Notes under the pieces: generated by a model
The model's input: only the letters and a program-made list of their open reading frames with translations
Told to the model about the DNA's origin: nothing
Databases searched by the model: none
Made by a program: the position numbers and the translations under genes
Origin: an uncultured Gemmatimonadales bacterium
GTDB taxonomy: Bacteria > Gemmatimonadota > Gemmatimonadetes > Gemmatimonadales > Gemmatimonadaceae
Reading direction: 5' to 3'
Assembly: GCA_963851265.1 (NCBI GenBank)
Contig: CAWKNZ010000002.1
Location: forward strand, 1,440,001-1,504,000
Length of the DNA: 64,000 nt
Shown here: piece after piece, positions 53,697 to 62,228 of the stretch
Numbering within the stretch: position 1 is the first letter of the stretch
Layout: each line of letters opens with the position of its first letter

Positions 53697-54826
53697 CGCG
53701 CGCCACCCCCCGCGCGCGCGCCGCGCGGGGTCGCTACGACCTCGGCCAGGTGTGCCGCGGTCTGGACCGCGGCCCGCTCCCAGGTGAACGACTCCGCGAA
53801 GTGGCGGGCGCTCGCACCCATTTCTGCGACGAGTGCGGGCCGCGCGGCGAGGGCGTCGAGGCGTTCGGCAATAGCGCCCACGTCGCCGTGGCGCACCAGG
53901 AAGCCGGTCTCCCCGTCACGAACGCTCTCCCGCAATCCGGGCGCGTCTGACGCGACCACTGGCGTGGCGCACGCGGCGGCTTCGAGGTTCGTGATCCCCC
54001 ACCCCTCCTTTGGCGACGCGAAGACGAGTGCCCAAGCGCGCCGAAGCAGCGCGAGCTTCTCGGATTCGCTGACCCGCCCAAGAAACCGCACGCGCGCGCC
54101 GAGGGCAAGAGAGTCGACGAGCCGCTCGAGCGCCGGGCGATAGTCGCCGACGCCCGCGATTTCGAGACGCGCGCGCGGGTCGGCCACCCGCGCGAACGCG
54201 CGCACGACGAGGTCGACTCCCTTGTAGCGCTTGAGTCGGCCGAGGTATGCGAACACCGGCTCGGCCGCCCGGACGCTCGCGTCGGGCGTGTATGCGCGCG
54301 CGTCGATCCCGGGGTAGATCACGCGCACGCGCGCGCGCGGGATGCCGCGCGCGACGAGGTCGTCCGCCGTGCTCTCGGAGATCGCTTCGAAGGGCACGTC
54401 CCGGTACGCGCGCGCGAGCGGTCGCTCGGCGAGCCAGACCGCGGCCGCGACGGGCGGCGGCGCCTCGCGAAACACCGTCCCGCCGAACAGATGCGGCACG
54501 AGCGCGACCGAGCGCCGCGCGCCCCAGCGCGCCGTGTGCAGCGGCACCTTGTTGATGTCCTCCACGAGGACGTCGGCGTCCAACCGCGCGAGGTGCTCTC
54601 GATAGTAGCGACGTGCGACGAACGGAAAGGTGTAGCGCGTCCCCGCGCGGTGCACGGCGATGCCGTCGAGGGTCGCGCGCGGCGGGCAGCCGGGCCACCC
54701 GCCGCACAGGAGCGTCACCTCGTGCCCCGCCGCGGCGAGCCGGCCGAAGATCTCGTGCAGGTGGATCTCCGCGCCGCCGGCGAGCGGCGCCTCACGATCC
54801 TGCCAGTTGACGACGAGAATGCGCAC
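53693..54826 (-). CDS. Glycosyltransferase family 4
   Basis: VNWQD..P.AGGAE.HLHE, YLGRLKRYKG, KEGWGITNLEA.ACATP. Confidence 0.9.
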   Translation of the reverse strand: MRILVVNWQDREAPLAGGAEIHLHEIFGRLAAAGHEVTLLCGGWPGCPPRATLDGIAVHRAGTRYTFPFVARRYYREHLARLDADVLVEDINKVPLHTARWGARRSVALVPHLFGGTVFREAPPPVAAAVWLAERPLARAYRDVPFEAISESTADDLVARGIPRARVRVIYPGIDARAYTPDASVRAAEPVFAYLGRLKRYKGVDLVVRAFARVADPRARLEIAGVGDYRPALERLVDSLALGARVRFLGRVSESEKLALLRRAWALVFASPKEGWGITNLEAAACATPVVASDAPGLRESVRDGETGFLVRHGDVGAIAERLDALAARPALVAEMGASARHFAESFTWERAAVQTAAHLAEVVATPRGARAGGGAR

Positions 54827-54853
54827 GCGACGACCGCGGGACCGCCGCGGGCG

Positions 54854-55267
54854 TCAGAGCCGGCCGAGCCGGCGCGCGAGCGCGTCGACGACACCGTTCA
54901 CGAAGCGAGCGCTCTGCGCGCTTCCGTAGCGCTCGGCGAGGCGCACCGCCTCCTGGATCACGACCTTCGGCGGCGCATCGTCGAGGCGCAGCTCCGCGGC
55001 GGCGAGGCGCAGCACGCAGCGCTCGATCGTCCCGAGTCGTTCCAGGCGCCAATTGGTCGTCACCGCCGCGAGCTGCGCGTCGACGTCGCCGCGGTCGCGC
55101 ACGATCTCGCCGACGATCCGCGCGGCGAGCTTGCGCTCTTCCGGGCCTACGCCCAGGTCGTCCCACACGTTTTGCGCGACGCGCTCGAGCCCTTCCTCGC
55201 CGCGCACGTCCCACGCGTACAGCGCCTGCAGCGCGCGGGCGCGCGCGCGGCTCTCGACGCGGGCCAT
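54854..55267 (-). CDS. nusB: Transcription antitermination factor NusB
   Basis: RARARALQALY, NWRLERL, VLRLA..EL, PPKVVIQEAV.LA..YG...S.RFVNGV. Confidence 0.95.
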   Translation of the reverse strand: MARVESRARARALQALYAWDVRGEEGLERVAQNVWDDLGVGPEERKLAARIVGEIVRDRGDVDAQLAAVTTNWRLERLGTIERCVLRLAAAELRLDDAPPKVVIQEAVRLAERYGSAQSARFVNGVVDALARRLGRL

Positions 55268-55779
55268 CAGCCGTCCGACGGCGCGCCGTCGAACTCGTCT
55301 TCCGCTTCCGCAGCCGCGTCGAGCATGGCGAACAGGTCGGCCATCTCGAGCGCGGCGAGCGCCGCGTCCCACCCCTTGTTGCCGTGCTCGCCGCCGGCAC
55401 GTGCCTCGGCCTGCGCCATGTTGTCGGTGGTCAGCAGCCCGAGCGCGACCGGCACGTCGGCCTCGGCCGACGCGTCCGCGAGCCCGCGCGCGGCCTCGCC
55501 CGCGACGATGTCGAAGTGCGGCGTGTCGCCGCGGACGACCGCGCCGACGGCAACCACCGCGGCGTAACGGTCGCTCGCAAGTACGCGACGCACCGCCGCC
55601 GGCAGCTCCCACGCGCCTGGGACCCAGACCACGTCGACGTCGTCGAACGCGGTGCCGTGGCGGACGAGCGCGTCGACGGCGCCGTCGGCGAGCGCGCGCG
55701 TGATCGTCTCGTTGAAGCGGCTGGCGACCACCGCGAAGCGGCGGCCGTCTCCGCGCGGCGTGCCGACGAACTCGGGCAT
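55267..55779 (-). CDS. ribH: 6,7-dimethyl-8-ribityllumazine synthase
   Basis: VVASRFNE.IT, VPGAWELP, VRGDTPHFD, GLLTTD, NKG.DAA..ALEM; ATG at 55779 (alternative 55821). Confidence 0.96.
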   Translation of the reverse strand: MPEFVGTPRGDGRRFAVVASRFNETITRALADGAVDALVRHGTAFDDVDVVWVPGAWELPAAVRRVLASDRYAAVVAVGAVVRGDTPHFDIVAGEAARGLADASAEADVPVALGLLTTDNMAQAEARAGGEHGNKGWDAALAALEMADLFAMLDAAAEAEDEFDGAPSDG

Positions 55780-55844
55780 GGGGGCGGGCGTGGGGTCTAC
55801 GATGGGAAGCTGGCGCGGCATGCTGGCGGCGGGACGGTCCGTGC

Positions 55845-55917
55845 TGTCATGCTGAGCGAAGCGCCGACGCGTAGTGCCTGTCGGCGTCGGCGATCGGTCG
55901 CCGCGCCCGGGATGACA
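55845..55917. repeat. Imperfect palindromic REP-like element (TGTCAT...ATGACA) between ribBA and ribH
   Basis: TGTCATGCTGAGCGAAGCG...CGCCCGGGATGACA with an internal CGCCGAC/GTCGGCG stem; single copy in this window. Confidence 0.5.
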
Positions 55918-55947
55918 ACGTAGCGTGACCGGTCGGTGTCGCGCCCC

Positions 55948-57162
55948 TCACGACGCCAGCAGGTGCCCGAGCTTGGCCCGTTTGGTGTCGAGGTACGCCG
56001 AGTTCCCCTCCGTCCGCGGCGCGACGATCCGCACGCCCTCCAGCACCGTGAGCCCGTACCCTTCGATCCCGACCAGCTTCCGCGGATTGTTGGTCATGAT
56101 GCGCACCGCCTTCAGCCCGAGATCGAGAAGGATCTGCGACCCGATCCCGTAATTCCGGAGGTCGGGTTGGAACCCGAGACGTTCGTTCGCCTCGACCGTG
56201 TCGGCGCCGCGGTCCTGCAGCTCGTAGGCGCGCAGCTTGTTGAGAAGGCCGATCCCCCGCCCTTCCTGGTCGAGGTAGACGATCACGCCGCAGCCCGCCT
56301 CGACGATCATGTCCATCGCGCGCTCGAGCTGCCACCCGCAGTCGCATCGGTCGGAGTGGAACACGTCGCCCGTGAGGCACTTGGAGTGCATGCGGACGAG
56401 CACCCCGTCGCCGCGCGCGACGGCAGCGTCGATGTCGCCGTGGACGAGCGCGACGTGCTCGCGGTTGTCCACGTCGTTCTTGTAGCCGACGATGCGCCAG
56501 AGCCCGCGCGCGGTGGGCAGTCGCGCGTCGGCCACGCGGTGCACGAGCCGCTCGTGCTTGAGGCGGTGCGCGACGAGTTGCGCGACCGTGATGAACGTGA
56601 TGCCGTGCCGCTCACAGTACGCCTCGAGGTCGGGACGCCTGGCCGTCGAGCCGTCGGAGTTGAGAACCTCACAGATCACGCCCGCCGGCGTGAGGCCGGC
56701 GAGGCGGCAGAGGTCCACCGCCGCCTCGGTGTGACCGACGCGGTGCAGCACCCCGCCCTCGCGCGCACGCAGCGGGTGGATGTGGCCCGGCCGGCGCAGG
56801 TCGCGCGGCGCCGACGTCGGGTCGGCCGCCACGCGGATCGTCGCGGCGCGGTCGGACGCCGAGATCCCCGTCGTCACCCCGAAACGGGGCGCCGCGTCGA
56901 TGCTGACCGTGAACGCCGTCCGCATCGCCTCGGTGTTGTCCTCGGTCATCAGCGGGAGGTCGAGCCGCGCGCAGTGTTCCGGGCTCAGCGCGAGGCAGAT
57001 CATGCCCTTCGCGTCGAGCATCTGGTTCACCATCGCGGGCGTGACGAGCTCCGCGGCGCAGATGAGGTCGCCCTCGTTCTCCCGATCCTCGTCGTCCGCG
57101 ACGACGATGAACTTGCCGGCGCGCAGGTCGGCGGTCGCCTGCTCGATGGTCCCGAAGGGCAT
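55948..57162 (-). CDS. ribBA: Bifunctional DHBP synthase / GTP cyclohydrolase II
   Basis: DDEDRENEGD, TGISASDR, GHTEA, RMHSKCLTGDVF.S.RCDCG, QEGRGIGL, TNNPRK. Confidence 0.97.
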   Translation of the reverse strand: MPFGTIEQATADLRAGKFIVVADDEDRENEGDLICAAELVTPAMVNQMLDAKGMICLALSPEHCARLDLPLMTEDNTEAMRTAFTVSIDAAPRFGVTTGISASDRAATIRVAADPTSAPRDLRRPGHIHPLRAREGGVLHRVGHTEAAVDLCRLAGLTPAGVICEVLNSDGSTARRPDLEAYCERHGITFITVAQLVAHRLKHERLVHRVADARLPTARGLWRIVGYKNDVDNREHVALVHGDIDAAVARGDGVLVRMHSKCLTGDVFHSDRCDCGWQLERAMDMIVEAGCGVIVYLDQEGRGIGLLNKLRAYELQDRGADTVEANERLGFQPDLRNYGIGSQILLDLGLKAVRIMTNNPRKLVGIEGYGLTVLEGVRIVAPRTEGNSAYLDTKRAKLGHLLAS

Positions 57163-57186
57163 GCTCGAACTCCTGTAGCGGGTGCG

Positions 57187-57822
57187 TTAGGCCGCGCGGG
57201 CCGCGAGGTACGGCGCCACGAGGCGCTGCACGTACTTCCCGACGACGTCGCCCTCGACGTGCACGGGGTCACCCGGCGCGCGGAGCCCGAGCGTGGTGTG
57301 GCGGTGCGTGTACTCGATGATCGATAGCTGCAACACGCCGGGCGCGGGCAGCGCGTTGACCGTGAGACTCACGCCGTCGACCGTCACGGAGCCGTGCGGG
57401 ACCATGAGCGCGTCGAGCCCCGCGGGGAGCGCGACGTCGATGAGCCACGCGTCGCCGCGTCGCACGACGCGTTCGACGGTGCCGACGCCGTCCACGTGCC
57501 CCTGCACGAGGTGGCCGCCGAGTCGGTCGCCCGCGCGCAGCGCGCGCTCGAGATTGACCCGGCGCCCCTCGCGCCACGCGCCGAGCGCGGTGCGGTCGAG
57601 CGTCGTCACGACCGCGGCCACGGTGAACCAGCTGCGCGCGCCGTCTCCGTCGGCGCCGGCGATCGGCCCCGAACTCCTCACGGTGAGACACACGCCGTCG
57701 CACGCGACGCTCTCGCCGTCGGCGAGGGCCTCGTACGCGGTGTGGATGCGGAACTCGCGCCCCGCCTCCGTATCGTCTACGGAGGCGATGGTGCCGACGT
57801 CGTCGACGAGACCGGTGAACAT
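57187..57822 (-). CDS. ribE: Riboflavin synthase (alpha chain)
   Basis: MFTGLV, GESVACDGVCLTV, VNLERAL, GGHLVQGHVDG, GSVTVDGVSLTV. Confidence 0.96.
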   Translation of the reverse strand: MFTGLVDDVGTIASVDDTEAGREFRIHTAYEALADGESVACDGVCLTVRSSGPIAGADGDGARSWFTVAAVVTTLDRTALGAWREGRRVNLERALRAGDRLGGHLVQGHVDGVGTVERVVRRGDAWLIDVALPAGLDALMVPHGSVTVDGVSLTVNALPAPGVLQLSIIEYTHRHTTLGLRAPGDPVHVEGDVVGKYVQRLVAPYLAARAA

Positions 57823-57852
57823 GGTTCGGTTCGGGCCCGTCGCGCGGGCGTG

Positions 57853-58995
57853 TTAGGGACTGGGTGCGAGCGGGTCGGAACCGTCGGCCATGCGAGTGGG
57901 GACGGCGTGCACGGCATACGCGGTCATGACATCGTCGCCGAGCACGCGCCGGCGGACCACCGTCAGCCGGTGCGCGCCGCGCGCCGCGCGCGGCGGCGCA
58001 CTCGCGAACGCGCCGAGCGCGCCGGCCCCGAGTACGACCGGCGCCTGAAAGGTAACCAGGCGGTCCACGAGATCCGCGCCCCAGAGCGCGCCGGCGATCC
58101 CGGCTCCCCCTTCCACCAGGAGCGCGCGTACCCCGCCGGCACGCAGTGCCGCGCACGCGTCCGCGAGCGTGCCGGCGACGATCACGCTGACGCCCTCGCG
58201 TTCGAGGGCGACGCGGCGTTCGAGCGGCGCGTCGGCCGAACACACGATCGCGGTGCGCACCTCGCGCGCGCTCCGCACGAGTGCGGCGGCGAGGGGAAGA
58301 CGCGCGGCGCGGTCGAAGACCACGCGCATTGGTGCCACGCGCGGCGCGGGCACGTCGCGCACCGTGAGCGCCGGGTCGTCGGCGAGCGCGGTTCCGACGC
58401 CGACCGCGATGGCGTCGCTCCCCGCACGCATCCGGTGCACGGCGCGACGCGACTCCGCCCCGGTGAGCCACGCCGGCGTGTGCGTGTGGTCCGCGATCGC
58501 GCCGTCGATCGAGGTTGCGAGCTTGAGCGTGATCCAGGGCCGCCCGCCGCCGGTGACGTCGTGAAAGAACGCGGCGTTGAGCTCGACCGCCGCGTGGGCG
58601 AGGACGCCGACGTCGACCGCCACGCCCGCCGCGCGCAGCCGGTCGGCGCCCCCGGAGGCAATCGCGTGCGGGTCGGCCGCCGCCACCACCACGCGCCCGA
58701 CGCCCGCCGCGAGCAGCGCATCCACACACGGCGGCGTGCGTCCCCAGTGGTTGCACGGTTCGAGCGTCACGTAGGCGGTCGCGCCACGCGCCGCGGAGCC
58801 AGCCGCGCGCAGCGCGGCAACCTCGGCGTGCGGACCGCCGTACTCCGCGTGCCACCCCTCGCCGACGACCAGACCGTCGCGCACGATCAGCGCGCCGACC
58901 AGCGGGTTGGGCGCGACGCGGCCCCACCCGCGCCGCGCGAGCTGCAGCGCGCGGCGCATGTGGCGCTCGTCCTCCGGGGCGCGCAGGTCGGTCAC
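57853..58995 (-). CDS. ribD: Riboflavin biosynthesis deaminase/reductase
   Basis: PNPLVGA, HAE, VTLEPCNHWGRTPPC, KLATSIDG, DDPALTVR, LVEGG. Confidence 0.96.
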   Translation of the reverse strand: MTDLRAPEDERHMRRALQLARRGWGRVAPNPLVGALIVRDGLVVGEGWHAEYGGPHAEVAALRAAGSAARGATAYVTLEPCNHWGRTPPCVDALLAAGVGRVVVAAADPHAIASGGADRLRAAGVAVDVGVLAHAAVELNAAFFHDVTGGGRPWITLKLATSIDGAIADHTHTPAWLTGAESRRAVHRMRAGSDAIAVGVGTALADDPALTVRDVPAPRVAPMRVVFDRAARLPLAAALVRSAREVRTAIVCSADAPLERRVALEREGVSVIVAGTLADACAALRAGGVRALLVEGGAGIAGALWGADLVDRLVTFQAPVVLGAGALGAFASAPPRAARGAHRLTVVRRRVLGDDVMTAYAVHAVPTRMADGSDPLAPSP

Positions 58996-59008
58996 GATCC
59001 CGCGCGCG

Positions 59009-60070
59009 TCACCGGCCCACGCGCACCCCGACCGAGACGTAGGTGTACGCGTCGGTCGGCGTACGGCCCGAGAACCCGTTGTAGGTCGGGACGTCGCCTC
59101 CCCCGGAGACCCGCCCGACCTCCGCGACGAGCTGCGCGATCCCGCCCGCGGGGAGGCTGGCCGCCCCGTAGACGTTCGTGCGGGTCACGCGTTGCGCGTA
59201 CGCCTGCGAGAAGCTGGACACGCCGGTGCCGTACCCCGGGACGTTCACGGCGACGCTCCCGGCGATCGTCGCGCGCGCGTCGTACCGGTCCTGCCCCACG
59301 CCCGCGCTGAGTCCGAGCAGCGAAACGCGCTGGTTGGCGGCGAGCCGCCACGAGTCGGTCGACACGCGCGCCCCCGACACGCCGATCGTACCGCCGTCGG
59401 TCGTCGACGCGAGAATCGACGTTTGCGGCAGCTCGCGGCGCAGGTACGTCACGCCGATTCCGGGCACGAATCGCGACCGCTCGAGCAGCCCGAGTCGAGC
59501 GCCGTAGCCGATCTGCAGCGCGCTCCCGGTCCGCGTCACGCGCACCTGCCCCGAGGAGAACGACGGGACGTAGGCGCCGCTGAGCAGCAGGTCGAGTCCG
59601 CCAACCCGCGTGAGGCCGACCGGGACGCCCCCGAACAGCCCGATTCCTGCGTCGGCGGTCGGCAGTGCGAGGGTTTGCGAGTTGACCTGGAAGTTGGTGC
59701 GCTGCGCGCCGGTGTAGCTGAGCTGCACGTTTCCGAGGTCCGGAAGTCGGCCGCCGCCGACCACGTTGGCGCGGACACCGACGCCGAAGTGCCCGAGTCC
59801 GCCTAACGTTCCGCCGCGTCCGAGCTCCGCACTCCCCCCGCCGAGGAGCGCGCCGAGCTGCGGGGCGAGGTAGTTGAAGACGTCGATCGACTTCTGACAG
59901 GCGTCCTGCTGCACCAGCGCCGCGGCGCCGGCGGTGGTCGTCGGGAGGGTCGCGCCGCAGCGCGGGTCGACTCCGCCTGTCTGCGCGGCGGCGCGGTGTG
60001 GGACGGCGAACGCGGCGGCCAGCGCGGTTGCCCATGCGGTGGGCGGAACGGCGAACGAGTAGCGATGCAT
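59009..60070 (-). CDS. Secreted, probable outer-membrane beta-barrel hypothetical protein
   Basis: Signal peptide (..RAAA-Q), Cys pair, alternating amphipathic beta strands, C-terminal YTYVSVGVRVGR. Confidence 0.65.
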   Translation of the reverse strand: MHRYSFAVPPTAWATALAAAFAVPHRAAAQTGGVDPRCGATLPTTTAGAAALVQQDACQKSIDVFNYLAPQLGALLGGGSAELGRGGTLGGLGHFGVGVRANVVGGGRLPDLGNVQLSYTGAQRTNFQVNSQTLALPTADAGIGLFGGVPVGLTRVGGLDLLLSGAYVPSFSSGQVRVTRTGSALQIGYGARLGLLERSRFVPGIGVTYLRRELPQTSILASTTDGGTIGVSGARVSTDSWRLAANQRVSLLGLSAGVGQDRYDARATIAGSVAVNVPGYGTGVSSFSQAYAQRVTRTNVYGAASLPAGGIAQLVAEVGRVSGGGDVPTYNGFSGRTPTDAYTYVSVGVRVGR

Positions 60071-60209
60071 GGAACGTGAACGGGTCGGGTCACGGGTCGG
60101 AGCAATCCGCAGGCCTGGAACCTCGACAGGCGCGGGCGCGATCGAGCCGCGCGGCGCGCGCACTCCACTGCATGACACGCCGCGGGTCAGGAGGCCCTCA
60201 CCGGGCCCC

Positions 60210-61241
60210 TCAGCGCAGGACGACGCGCCCCCGGCCGGCGGTCACGTGTCCGATCGGTCGGGCCGCGACCCCGGCCCGGGCCGCCGCGTCGACGACGGCG
60301 TCGACGTCGGCCGGCGCGACCAGCGCGCACAGGCCGATCCCCATGTTGAACGTTCGGAACTGCTCGTCCCGCGCGATCTCCCCCGCTTCGGCGAGGACGC
60401 GGAACAGGTGCGGGATCTCCCACGCGCCGGTATCGATCACCGCGTCGCACTCCGCGGGGAGCGACCGGTCGAGGTTGCCGGGGAGTCCGCCGCCGGTGAT
60501 GTGCGCCATCGCGTGCACGCGACCGAGCACGGGGCGTACGGCCGCGAGGTACGAGCGGTGCACGGCGAGCAGCACGTCGCCCACCGACGCGTCCGTGCCC
60601 GGGAACACGTCGCCGACGCCGAGACGCAGCCGGTCACTCACGACGCGGCGCGCGAGCGAATAGCCGTTCGTGTGCAGGCCGCTGCTCTCCAGTCCGACCA
60701 CGACGTCACCTACCCGGACGCGGTCCGCGCCAAGCACGGCGTCCTCCTCGACCGCGCCGACGATGAACCCTGCGAGGTCGAAGTCCGGCGGCGTGTACAC
60801 GCCCGGCATTTCCGCGGTCTCGCCGCCGATGAGCGCGCAGCCGTTCTCGCGGCATCCGGCGGCGACGCCGGCGACCACCGCCTCGACGGCCGCCGGTTCC
60901 AACTTCCCGAACGCCACGTAATCGAGGAAGAACAGCGGCAGCGCACCCTGCACGAGGATGTCGTTGACACAGTGGTTCACGAGGTCGTGGCCCACGGTGT
61001 CGAGGCGGCCCGCGTCGACCGCGACCTTCACCTTCGTGCCCACGCCGTCCGCGCTCGCGACGAGCAGCGGCGCGCGCACGCCCGCCGGCATGCGAAACAT
61101 TCCGCCGAAGCCACCGAACGCGCCGCGGGTCCCGGCCGTACGCGTCGAATCGACGAGCGCCTTGAGGCGGTGCTTCGCGTCGTCCGCCGCGTGCAGGTCG
61201 ACGCCGGCCGTGCGGTAATCGAGCGGAACGTCGCCCGACAT
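60210..61241 (-). CDS. purM: Phosphoribosylaminoimidazole (AIR) synthetase
   Basis: Y..AGVD, GGFGG, DGVGTK, HCVNDI, GGETAEMPG, SSGLHTNGYSL, HITGGG, TFNMGIG. Confidence 0.97.
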   Translation of the reverse strand: MSGDVPLDYRTAGVDLHAADDAKHRLKALVDSTRTAGTRGAFGGFGGMFRMPAGVRAPLLVASADGVGTKVKVAVDAGRLDTVGHDLVNHCVNDILVQGALPLFFLDYVAFGKLEPAAVEAVVAGVAAGCRENGCALIGGETAEMPGVYTPPDFDLAGFIVGAVEEDAVLGADRVRVGDVVVGLESSGLHTNGYSLARRVVSDRLRLGVGDVFPGTDASVGDVLLAVHRSYLAAVRPVLGRVHAMAHITGGGLPGNLDRSLPAECDAVIDTGAWEIPHLFRVLAEAGEIARDEQFRTFNMGIGLCALVAPADVDAVVDAAARAGVAARPIGHVTAGRGRVVLR

Positions 61242-61243
61242 CG

Positions 61244-62188
61244 TCACGCGGTCGCGTCCGCCGGAAGCGCGGACACCGGCATCTCCGTGTCGAACGTGAC
61301 CAACCGGCGGAAGGCGGCGACGCGCTCGTCGATCTCCGCCCGCGTGAGGGCGATCGTGCGCTCGTTCGAGAACCGCTCGACCGCGAAGGAGCCCATCGCG
61401 GAGCCGTAGACGACGGCGCGGCGCAGGTTGGCGTCGCTGAGGTCGTCGGTCGCGGCGAGCCATCCGATGAACCCGCCCGCGAACGAATCGCCCGCGCCGG
61501 TCGGGTCGAAGATGCTCTCGAGCGGGTAGGCCGGCGCGAAGAACACGGACTCGCCCGAAAAGAGAAACGCGCCGTGCTCGCCCTTCTTGATGACGACGTG
61601 CTTCGGGCCCCGCGCCATGATCCAGCGCGCCGCGCGCACGACGTTCGACTCCTCGGTCAGCTGTCGCGCTTCGGCGTCGTTGAGCGTGATGAGGTCGACG
61701 TGGCCGAGGAGCGCCACGAGGTCGGTGCGGCGGCTCTCGATCCAGAAGTTCATCGTGTCGCACGCGACGAGCTTGGGGCGTGCGACCTGGCGGAGCACGT
61801 CGAGCTGCAGCCGCGGATCGATGTTGCCGAGGAAGACGTACGGCGCGTTGCGGAACGCGTCGGGGATGCGCGGCCTGAAGTGCGAGAACACGCCAAGGCG
61901 CGTCTCGAGCGTCTCGGCCGAGTTGAGGTCGTGGCGGTAGCGCGCGCGCCAGCGAAAGCTCTCGCCATCGGCCTGCTCGAGACCGGAGAGGTCGACGCCG
62001 CGGGCGCGGAGCGGCTCGAGCTTCTGCATCGGGTAGTCGCTGCCGACGACGCCGACCAACTGCACCGGGCCGAAGTGGCACGCCGACGACGCGAACATCG
62101 TGGCGGAGCCGCCGAGCACTTCGTCGGCCTTGCCGAACGGGGTCTCGACCGAATCGAGCGCGACGGAGCCTACGACGAGTACGGGCAT
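61244..62188 (-). CDS. PfkB-family carbohydrate/nucleoside kinase
   Basis: VVGSVALD.VETP, LGGSA, DTMNFWI, IKKGEHG, DPTGAGDSFAGG. Confidence 0.92.
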   Translation of the reverse strand: MPVLVVGSVALDSVETPFGKADEVLGGSATMFASSACHFGPVQLVGVVGSDYPMQKLEPLRARGVDLSGLEQADGESFRWRARYRHDLNSAETLETRLGVFSHFRPRIPDAFRNAPYVFLGNIDPRLQLDVLRQVARPKLVACDTMNFWIESRRTDLVALLGHVDLITLNDAEARQLTEESNVVRAARWIMARGPKHVVIKKGEHGAFLFSGESVFFAPAYPLESIFDPTGAGDSFAGGFIGWLAATDDLSDANLRRAVVYGSAMGSFAVERFSNERTIALTRAEIDERVAAFRRLVTFDTEMPVSALPADATA

Positions 62189-62228
62189 GGCGTTGGAGAG
62201 GGGGTGCCGTGCTGGGGCGACCGACGGA

